Of a DNA stretch of 32,000 nt, positions 21,719-30,761 are shown in pieces. The notes beneath the pieces are model-generated. The model saw only the letters and a program-made list of their open reading frames with translations. It ran no database searches and had not been told where the DNA came from. The stretch's first letter is position 1. Every line of letters starts with the position of its first letter. Source of the DNA: Planctomicrobium sp. SH661 (GTDB lineage Bacteria; Planctomycetota; Planctomycetia; Planctomycetales; Planctomycetaceae); the NCBI RefSeq assembly GCF_051465655.1, contig NZ_CP195791.1, positions 4,880,734 to 4,912,733 of the forward strand, written 5' to 3'. The position numbers and the translations under genes were made by a program.

Positions 21719-22255
21719 TCACTGAGAGACCAGCAGCCCGACCTCGTGTCGCTGCTCATGGTTCTCCGTCTTATCCTTATCGGCGGCAGGAGGAGCTTCC
21801 GTCGGAGCTGCGGGCGAAGCACTCTTCGCGGTTCCCAGATGGGGCTGAATCAACTGCTCCACCGTCTCGTAGCGCATCATTCCCGGTTCATAAGCGACCA
21901 CCTTCCGGTCTTTCACAACCATCAGGGTCGGTAATCCATTGACCTGATACGCGGCTGCCACTTCGGGATGCTTGTCGACATCGACAGCCACCACCGTGAT
22001 TTGATCGCCGTAATTCTTTTTGATGTCCTCCAGGACAACGGCCAGCTGCTTGCAGTAGCCGCACCAGGTCGCTGTGAAATCGACAAGAACCGGCTTGGAG
22101 CTGTCGAGGACGGTGGCCTGAAACCAGGCGTCGTTGGGTGGTTTGTCGGAGAATTGCGGGATTCCCTGATGGGGATTGTCGACCCTGCTGAGTGTCGCAA
22201 ACACCAGCAACAGCAGTGTCAACCCGCCTCCGACCAGTAACAGTATGCGTTCCAT
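21719..22255 (-). CDS. membrane-anchored thioredoxin-domain protein
   Basis: 178 aa ORF. N-terminal hydrophobic anchor (ILLLVGGGLTLLLLVFATL), a WCGYCK redox motif, a thioredoxin-like GLPTLMVV segment, and a Pro/Ala-rich tail. Confidence 0.85.
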   Translation of the reverse strand: MERILLLVGGGLTLLLLVFATLSRVDNPHQGIPQFSDKPPNDAWFQATVLDSSKPVLVDFTATWCGYCKQLAVVLEDIKKNYGDQITVVAVDVDKHPEVAAAYQVNGLPTLMVVKDRKVVAYEPGMMRYETVEQLIQPHLGTAKSASPAAPTEAPPAADKDKTENHEQRHEVGLLVSQ

Positions 22256-22287
22256 GATTCAGGCGCTCGGCTTCAGGAGCAGTCAGG

Positions 22288-22302
22288 CTCGCAAATTGCG
22301 AG
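22288..22302. promoter_or_regulatory. operator-like palindrome CTCGCAA-A-TTGCGAG upstream of the thioredoxin gene
   Basis: 7-bp inverted half-sites, 33 nt upstream of the thioredoxin start (22255, minus strand). It is flanked on both sides by direct AGTCAG repeats. Confidence 0.3.
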
Positions 22303-22437
22303 TCAGTCAATCATAGCGAGCACCACCGACGACTGGGAACGAATTTCAGAAACTTCATGCGGCTGAAAGGAGAGAATTTCCGGCATCCCACTGAGAACAA
22401 TGCAGATCACCTGCCGTCTCAGCCATCATGCAGCCGA

Positions 22438-23382
22438 TTATTGCGTGATCAGCTGGCGAATCATCATGATCGCTGCCGGACCGACGAGCACCACAAAAAT
22501 CCCTGGAAAGATGAAAAGCACCAGCGGAAAGATCATTTTCACAGCGGTCATCGCTGCTTTTTCTTCCGCCAGCTGGCTGCGCTTGATCCGCATGGCGTCG
22601 GACTGCACCCGCAAAGCATGTGCGATCGATGAACCGAACTTGTCAGCCTGAATCAGAATAGCTGCGAGGGCTTTGACGTCATCCACTCCGGTGCGGACCC
22701 CCAGGTCATGCAGCACTTCGCGTCGATTTCGCCCCATCTGCAGTTGAAAATTCGAGTGATTGATCTCATAGCAGATGTCCTTGGCTCCGTCACTCAGCTC
22801 TTCAGCCACCCGACGCATGGCTGCATCCAGCCCTAGCCCGGCTTCCACGCAGACCACGAGCAGATCGAGCGCGTCCGGCAAAGACAGGAAGATGCGACTC
22901 TTACGGGAATGTGCCATCAGTCCCAGCACGATGTCGGGCAGGAACATTCCCAGACCCCCGCCGATTCCTAACACCATCAATCCTTCCGTGGTGAGCCCTT
23001 TGGTGTACAGACCGATCCCGCCTCCCAGGACCAGTCCAACCAGCAGGGAAATTGTTTTGATCGCCAGGAAGAACGTGCTGGCATGCGGTGAAGAGAACCC
23101 GGCATTCGCCAGTTTGACTTTCAGCTTGCTCTCTTCGAGTTCCGTCTGAGGGGTCAGCACTTTCGAAATCGCCGGGGCGGCTTTTTTCAGTGCAGAGCCG
23201 ATTCCGGTCGCTTTGGAATCCGGTTCTGCCCCACGCTTCCGGGGATCCTTCAACTCCTGCAATCGCTCCGAGACCCGCGTGTCGCCAGCGTTGGTGAACG
23301 CAGCCGCGATCGCCCAGACCCCAACCATCACAGCTCCGAAAACGGCGAGCGGCAGCAGATTCGAGAAGGAGGAAATGTCCAT
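22438..23382 (-). CDS. tadC: type II secretion system F-family protein, TadC-like pilus platform protein
   Basis: 314 aa ORF. N-terminal TM helix, a cytoplasmic T2SSF domain (LPDALDLLVVCVEAGLGLDAAMRRV) and C-terminal TM helices. It follows the TadB-like gene. Confidence 0.85.
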   Translation of the reverse strand: MDISSFSNLLPLAVFGAVMVGVWAIAAAFTNAGDTRVSERLQELKDPRKRGAEPDSKATGIGSALKKAAPAISKVLTPQTELEESKLKVKLANAGFSSPHASTFFLAIKTISLLVGLVLGGGIGLYTKGLTTEGLMVLGIGGGLGMFLPDIVLGLMAHSRKSRIFLSLPDALDLLVVCVEAGLGLDAAMRRVAEELSDGAKDICYEINHSNFQLQMGRNRREVLHDLGVRTGVDDVKALAAILIQADKFGSSIAHALRVQSDAMRIKRSQLAEEKAAMTAVKMIFPLVLFIFPGIFVVLVGPAAIMMIRQLITQ

Positions 23383-23390
23383 GGGTGAAA

Positions 23391-23449
23391 GAGGTCAGGG
23401 GTCAGGGGTCAGGGGTCAGGGGTCAGGGGTCAGGGGTCAGGGGTCAGGG
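23391..23449. repeat. tandem heptamer array GAGGTCA + (GGGGTCA)x7 + GGG in the tadB-tadC spacer
   Basis: Counted directly: the TCA of each unit ends at 23397, 23404, 23411, 23418, 23425, 23432, 23439 and 23446. The array begins 8 nt beyond the tadC start codon (CAT 23380-23382). Confidence 0.95.
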
Positions 23450-23503
23450 AAAATTGAGGAGAAGGACATTGGAGATTCTGTCGCGCGTCCACTTTCCCCG
23501 GCG

Positions 23504-24493
23504 TTAAACTTTAATTGCAATGATTTTCTTGATCGTGATCGCACCCAGAATCTGAAGCACAATTGCCACCGCAACCATCTTCCGTCCAAGGTCATCGGTG
23601 AACAGCAACATCACATAGTCCGGGTTCAGCCGCCAGACGGCAAAGAACAGCAGAATCGGCAATGCCATCAGCACGATACCGCTGATTCGACCTTCCCCAG
23701 TCAGGGCCTGCACCTGTCCGAGGATGCGGACTCGTTCCCGGATAATATGGCCGATCTTGTCGAGGATTTCCGCGAGGTCCCCGCCGGACTGCCGTTGAAT
23801 CGCCACAGCCATGGCGAAGAACTTGTAGTCCATGTTCGGCATGCGGACATAAAGATTTTTCAGGGCATTCTCGAGAGGAATCCCCAGATTCTGCTCTTCG
23901 TAAGCAATATTGAATTCCTTGGAGATCGGGTCGGGAAGTTCATCCACCACGACCTTCATCGCCGATGCCAGCGAGTGCCCTGATCGCAGTGCCCGCGCGA
24001 TCAGTTCCATCGCGTCCGGCAACTGGCTTGCAAACTTCTTGAACCGTCGTCCCCGCATAAACATCAGCCAGCCGAATGGAAGCATCGCACCGGCCAGAAC
24101 AGCGAGAGGATAGATCGGCAACGGGACCCGAGCGATCACAGAGCCGACAAAGCCTAAAACTCCGCAAACGACCATGATGATGCAGAATGTTTCCGGCTTC
24201 ATCTTCGTGTCAGCCTGAAGATACAGCAGCTTCAGATTGGCGAAGCGGTCCATCAAATTGGAAACGAAGACCGACAGTCCGCTGAGCCCCTCTTTAACCA
24301 GGGCTTCCCGGGTCACCTTGGGACCTTCCGTCTGAGCCGCCTTCTTCCCCGCCAGGACGTCCAGACGTTCTTCGACCGAGCTGCTGCTGGAAGAATCCAG
24401 GAGCAGGACGATGGCGCCGATCAACCCCGTGACACCGACAAAGGCGATGATCGACGTGACGAACGGACTGAGTGTAAACGCAAGAAGCATCAT
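23504..24493 (-). CDS. tadB: type II secretion system F-family protein, TadB-like pilus platform protein
   Basis: 329 aa ORF. N-terminal TM helix, a T2SSF domain (LPDAMELIARALRSGHSLASAMKVV) and C-terminal TM helices. It lies downstream of cpaF. Confidence 0.85.
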   Translation of the reverse strand: MMLLAFTLSPFVTSIIAFVGVTGLIGAIVLLLDSSSSSSVEERLDVLAGKKAAQTEGPKVTREALVKEGLSGLSVFVSNLMDRFANLKLLYLQADTKMKPETFCIIMVVCGVLGFVGSVIARVPLPIYPLAVLAGAMLPFGWLMFMRGRRFKKFASQLPDAMELIARALRSGHSLASAMKVVVDELPDPISKEFNIAYEEQNLGIPLENALKNLYVRMPNMDYKFFAMAVAIQRQSGGDLAEILDKIGHIIRERVRILGQVQALTGEGRISGIVLMALPILLFFAVWRLNPDYVMLLFTDDLGRKMVAVAIVLQILGAITIKKIIAIKV

Positions 24494-24815
24494 GGGAGTT
24501 GATGTTCACTGAATGAATGAAAACTCTGAATTCACATCGAAAGCTGATCTCTCACCTGCCTCAGAGGGGTGCGGTCACACTGTCGTGAGACTTCTGGAAA
24601 TTCTCTATGAATGATCTGCCAGAACACGAAGCTTGAGCGAGTGCATTTTTTGACATGATGCGACTCAATGCACTTCCTCACGCGGGGTGCTCTGAAAAAT
24701 CAAACGGCAGTCCTAGACCAGTTTGGTCTATCATGTGCAGGCGATTCAGGGTTTTCACCGCATGTAAGTCCATATTATCGCCTGCGGAACGTAATAGATT
24801 ATTAGCAAAACCGCT

Positions 24816-26150
<1,335 letters not shown>

Positions 26151-26724
26151 TGGATTCGTGGTCGCGGCACCGAATGAGATGAGGCTCCGGGACGCGGAAC
26201 ATCATGACTTCAATGCGAGTGGGATCGGAATAATCCAACCCTAGCTCAAGAAACTGGCGAGCGGGGGAGCAGTGTTCCGAAATGTTGAGAAAAGACCACA
26301 ACCCGTTCCGCGATCGATTGATACGATAAAGCTGATCATCCGGATCGTATCGAAAGTATGGAAAATTGTGGGTCTACGGGCGCAGGATATCTTCTCGTGA
26401 AACAGGCGATCATCTGACTTTTCAATTGACTGGCGGTATCGAGATATCTACGCTCATAGTGAAATTAGCAGCGATTGATGGATACATGCGCAAACCATCG
26501 CATCGTCGCTGATTCCACGAAATTTCCTTCGAACATGAAGAAGATTTCAGAGGTAATTCAGAGTTCCGTTGGAGCGAGGCGTTAAGTCACCTTCTCGCCT
26601 TCGTCGGAACTGACCTTGCACCTGCCGATGTGAACCTGCTTTCCTTCAGGATGCCTCAATCCCTGGAAAGCCCCCCAAGAGATGTCTCACCCAACCTGGC
26701 ACCTGCCTGAATGGAGACCCGCCG

Positions 26725-28053
26725 ATGGCCCTTGCTTCCAGCAGTTGTTCGCCCACCCACTTTAAGCAACTCTCCCGACGCGGATTTCTGCAGATCGGCA
26801 TGCTGGCCGGCACCAGCCTGACTCTGCCTCACCTGCTCGCCCGACAGGCTCGAGCAGAACTCAAGGACTACGCGAACTTCGAAGGGACCGCCAAGTCCAT
26901 CATTCACATCTTCCTGCCAGGCGGAATCGCACAGCAGGAATCGTTCGATCCGAAGCCGTATGCTCCGCTTGAATACCGTGGGGAGATGCAGTCCATCGAG
27001 ACGAATCTCACCGGCGTGCGGTTTGGACAGACGTTCCCGCAGATGGCACAGATCGCCAACAAGATCTGTGTGATCAACTCCATGACGCACGGAGAAGCGG
27101 CACACGAACGCGGCACGCACAACATGTTCACCGGATACCGCCCCAGCCCGGCGCTGCAGTATCCTTCGATCGGCTCTGTGATGAGTCAGCAGTTGGGGAG
27201 CCGGAACAATCTGCCTCCCTACGTCTGTATCCCCGGTGTTCCGAATGAATTCGCTGGAAGCGGTTACCTCAGTTCTGCGTTCGCTCCGTTCGCGCTGGGA
27301 AGTGATCCCGCCAACGGAGGCTTCAAAGTCCGCGACCTGGAACTGCCCGGTGGGGTGGATGACAGCCGCTTTGCAAGCCGTCGCTCCGCTCTGGAAGCGG
27401 TGAACGACTACTTCCGGAAGCGCGAATCCTCCGACCAGATCACCGCCATGGATTCGTTCTATGACGCGGCCTACAGCCTGATCTCTTCTCCGGAAGCTCG
27501 CGAAGCGTTCAATCTGGAAAAGGAAGCTCCGGAGCTGCGAGACAAGTACGGCCGCAACACCGCTGGTGCCCGCATGCTGCTGGCCCGCCGACTGGTCGAA
27601 GCAGGTGTTCGTCTGGTGAACCTGACCTACGGCGGCTGGGACATGCACGATAACATCGTCAATGGCTTCAAAGGGACCGCCCCGGCGTTTGATCAGGCCT
27701 TCACCCAACTGGTGAACGATCTGGATGAACGAGGACGTCTCGATGAAACCCTGATCATGGTGTCGTCCGAATTCGGACGCACTCCCAAGATGAACGCAAC
27801 GGCCGGCCGCGATCACTGGCCGAAAGTGTTCAGCGTTGTGCTGGCAGGGGGCGGCATCAAACGCGGTATGGTGTACGGATCGTCCAACGCCACTGCGAGC
27901 GAACCGGAAAACGATCCGGTCACCGTCGAAGACCTGTTTACAACTGTTTACCACACGTTGGGAATCGTGGCCGACAAGGAATTGATGGCTCCGGGCGACC
28001 GTCCTATCGAAATCGTCGATGGGGGCAGCGTCATCAAGGAACTGCTGGCCTAG
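26725..28053 (+). CDS. DUF1501-family protein (sulfatase/alkaline-phosphatase-like fold) with a twin-arginine signal
   Basis: 442 aa ORF. SRRGFLQIG Tat motif. IHIFLPGGIAQQESFDPKP, GRDHWP and SEFGRTP are segments I recognise as typical of planctomycete DUF1501 proteins. Confidence 0.9.
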   Translation: MALASSSCSPTHFKQLSRRGFLQIGMLAGTSLTLPHLLARQARAELKDYANFEGTAKSIIHIFLPGGIAQQESFDPKPYAPLEYRGEMQSIETNLTGVRFGQTFPQMAQIANKICVINSMTHGEAAHERGTHNMFTGYRPSPALQYPSIGSVMSQQLGSRNNLPPYVCIPGVPNEFAGSGYLSSAFAPFALGSDPANGGFKVRDLELPGGVDDSRFASRRSALEAVNDYFRKRESSDQITAMDSFYDAAYSLISSPEAREAFNLEKEAPELRDKYGRNTAGARMLLARRLVEAGVRLVNLTYGGWDMHDNIVNGFKGTAPAFDQAFTQLVNDLDERGRLDETLIMVSSEFGRTPKMNATAGRDHWPKVFSVVLAGGGIKRGMVYGSSNATASEPENDPVTVEDLFTTVYHTLGIVADKELMAPGDRPIEIVDGGSVIKELLA

Positions 28054-28211
28054 TGACCATGAGTCATTGGCATAAGCGACCTGCGTCTGATCGCGGGTCG
28101 TGACGTCGAGTGGGGCGCTCGACGAATCGAGGTCTGGTCTGAGCGCACTGGCTGCCGGGTTCGGTTGCCAGTGCAGCTCCCATGAACTGAATTGAATTCT
28201 GGGGTGGGACG

Positions 28212-30695
28212 ATGCGTTTGCTTTCTTTCGTGCTTGTCTGTTGCGCCGCTGGCTTTCTCTTCTGCCCGGCCGCAGAAGCTGCCAATCCGCGATTCAATCG
28301 GACAGAGCCCATCGGCGGACAGCGTGGCACGGAAGTTGACGTCATCCTGAAAGGGGATCGTCTGGACGATGCCGAAGAGCTGCTGCTTTACGACTCCGGA
28401 ATGGAAGTCACGCATTTCGAAGTGATCCAGGAAGAAGAACGGAAGAAGCGCGGCGACCGGATTAAGGTTCGCCTGAAGATCGACCCGCAGTGCAGGCTGG
28501 GCACTCAGAGAATGCGGGTCCGCACCAAAACCGGGATGTCTGAACTCGTCAACTTCCATGTCGGCGCCTTCCCGATTGTCGAGGAAGTCGAGCCGAATAC
28601 AGAATTCAGCTCACCTCAGGTCATCCCGAACAACTCTTCAGTGGCCGGAAAGATCACTCCCGAGGACGTCGATTACTATCAGATCGAAGCCAAAAAGGGA
28701 GAACGCATCTCCGCAGAGATTTTCGGAATGCGATTCGGAATGTCAGACGGCACGAACTACTTCGACCCGTATCTGGCGATTCTCAACTCCGATCGATTCG
28801 AACTGGCCGTCAGTGACGATTCCCCCCTGGTCTGGAACGACGCCGTTGTGTCCATCATCGCCCCCGAAGACGGGAAGTATTACCTGCAGGTGCGGGACGC
28901 GTCCTACAACGGCGACAATAATGCCCATTATCTGCTGCATGTTGGAAACTTCCCACGCCCTGTGGCGGTGCTGCCTGCAGGGGGGCGGCCCGGGCAGACT
29001 CTGGACGTCACGTTCCTGGGCGATGTCTCCGGGACCGTCACGCGCCAAGTGACCCTGCCTGCCGAAATTCCGGAAGACGGCTTTGGGCTCGACCTTCAGG
29101 ATGATCATGGAATCACTCCATCCCGCCTCCCCTTCCTGCTCTCGGACATCGACAACTTCATTGAGCAGGAACCGAACAATGATCTCGCGACTGCAACCGC
29201 AGGTTCAGTTCCGGGGGCCTTCAACGGGGTCATCTCCGAAAAGGGAGATCAGGACTTCTTCAAGTTCACCGCACAGAAAGATCAGGAGTTCCAGTTCGAA
29301 GTGTATGCCCGGCGCATCCGCTCGGGACTCGACCCTGTGTTGACGATTTTCCGAATTCGCGACGGTGCCCGACTCGCCAGCGACGATGACGCTCGTCGAC
29401 CCGACTCCGCCCTGAAATTCAAGTTTCCGGAAGATGGCGAATACGCCTTGATGGTCAACGACCACCTGGGCAACGGAAGTCCGACTTACACCTATCGCGT
29501 TGAAGTCACGCTCCCGCAACCCAGGCTGCATGCAGAGCCGACCGAATTCGCCCGCTACGTGCAATCGCAGATCGTCATCCCGCAGGGGGGCGGAATCGGA
29601 ATCGTTGCCAACGTGCAGCGAGGTGATTTTGGCGGCCCGGTCAACTTCCGCAGCGAAGACCTGCCTCCCGGCGTGCGGATGGAATGCCCGGCCAACTGGC
29701 GGGAAGACGGCTCGGCGACCGTGGTGTTCTATGCCGATGAGACCGCTCCTCTGGGAGGCAAGTTCTCGAAGATCGAAGCCTTCCTCGATGACCCCAAGCA
29801 GCCGGATCGCAAGATCTCCGGACCGCTTCGCCAGGATGTGCTCATGATCCGGGCTCGGAACAACGACCGGGTCTGGGAAGAACGCATGAACCGCATGCCG
29901 GTCGTCGTGATTGAGAAGGCTCCATTCAAATGCTGGATCGAAACTCCTGCCGTTCCGGTCGTTAAGAATGGGAACATGAACCTGAAGATCCGCTGCGAGA
30001 AGGCAGAGGGCTGGGATGAAGAGATTCGTCTGGTCATGCTTCAGAATCCCCCCGGCGTGACTTCAAACGGTTCGGTGGTCATCGCCAAGGGAGCCAACGA
30101 AGCGGACATGGCAGTCAATGCGTCAGACGGCGCTGCTGTCCGTGAAAACATGATTGCCGTCCGCTGCATGGCGAAGTATGCCGGCGGTGATTACGAGTAC
30201 GTGACCCCGCTGGTCCCCCTCCGAGTCGAAGATCGCTATATCAATTTTGAATTCGCACAAGGGGCCGTCGAGCAAGGCAAGGAAACCCCGTACCTGATCA
30301 AGGTCACCAAGAACAAAGACTTCGAAGGTGAAGCCATCGCTGAACTTGTCGGACTTCCCGCGAACGCCACTGCGGAAAAAATGAAGCTCACCAAAGACAC
30401 CGCCGAGTTCATGTTCACCATCAAGGCAGCTGAGGACACTCCCCCCGGAATGTCCCAGAACGTGCAGTGCCGCGTGGAAGTGCCGGAAAACGGAACTGTC
30501 GTCCTGCATAATCTGGGGAACGGCCGTTTGCGGGTCGACAAGCCGGCTCCTCCTCCGAAGAATCCAGAGCCCACGCCTCCGATGCCAACCCCGATGCCGG
30601 AAGCTCCTGTCGCTCAGGCTGAAGCACCCCCCAAACCGCTTTCACGCCTGGAGCAACTGCGTTTGAAACAACAGCAGAAAGCTGCCGGCCAGTAA
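28212..30695 (+). CDS. secreted protein with two PPC (pre-peptidase C-terminal)-like domains and a Pro-rich tail
   Basis: 827 aa ORF. Signal peptide (MRLLSFVLVCCAAGFLFCPAAEA). There are two EPN(T/N)-initiated modules with the D.D(Y/F)(Y/F)-type pattern of PPC domains: EPNTEFSSPQ...EDVDYYQIEAKKGERI and EPNNDLATAT...GDQDFFKFTAQKDQEF. The tail is PAPPPKNPEPTPPMPTPMPEAP. Function unknown. Confidence 0.75.
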   Translation: MRLLSFVLVCCAAGFLFCPAAEAANPRFNRTEPIGGQRGTEVDVILKGDRLDDAEELLLYDSGMEVTHFEVIQEEERKKRGDRIKVRLKIDPQCRLGTQRMRVRTKTGMSELVNFHVGAFPIVEEVEPNTEFSSPQVIPNNSSVAGKITPEDVDYYQIEAKKGERISAEIFGMRFGMSDGTNYFDPYLAILNSDRFELAVSDDSPLVWNDAVVSIIAPEDGKYYLQVRDASYNGDNNAHYLLHVGNFPRPVAVLPAGGRPGQTLDVTFLGDVSGTVTRQVTLPAEIPEDGFGLDLQDDHGITPSRLPFLLSDIDNFIEQEPNNDLATATAGSVPGAFNGVISEKGDQDFFKFTAQKDQEFQFEVYARRIRSGLDPVLTIFRIRDGARLASDDDARRPDSALKFKFPEDGEYALMVNDHLGNGSPTYTYRVEVTLPQPRLHAEPTEFARYVQSQIVIPQGGGIGIVANVQRGDFGGPVNFRSEDLPPGVRMECPANWREDGSATVVFYADETAPLGGKFSKIEAFLDDPKQPDRKISGPLRQDVLMIRARNNDRVWEERMNRMPVVVIEKAPFKCWIETPAVPVVKNGNMNLKIRCEKAEGWDEEIRLVMLQNPPGVTSNGSVVIAKGANEADMAVNASDGAAVRENMIAVRCMAKYAGGDYEYVTPLVPLRVEDRYINFEFAQGAVEQGKETPYLIKVTKNKDFEGEAIAELVGLPANATAEKMKLTKDTAEFMFTIKAAEDTPPGMSQNVQCRVEVPENGTVVLHNLGNGRLRVDKPAPPPKNPEPTPPMPTPMPEAPVAQAEAPPKPLSRLEQLRLKQQQKAAGQ

Positions 30696-30761
30696 TTTCG
30701 ATCGAACGCGGCCCACCTCAAAATTGCGTTCGATCCTACCATCCAAAAAATTGATCCTTCC

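Noticed and set aside
23213-23983. A plus-strand 256 aa ORF containing a (GQGSGVR)n peptide repeat.
   Set aside because: The peptide repeat is just the GGGGTCA heptamer array read through three frames. The rest of the ORF is antisense to tadC and tadB, which have clear T2SSF features.
24494-24815. Small minus-strand ORFs (29 and 31 codons) as possible Flp pilin genes between cpaF and tadB.
   Set aside because: The translations (MDLHAVKTLNRLHMIDQTGLGLPFDFSEHPA and MSKNALAQASCSGRSFIENFQKSHDSVTAPL) lack the hydrophobic helix and the G/xxxxEY processing motif of Flp pilins.
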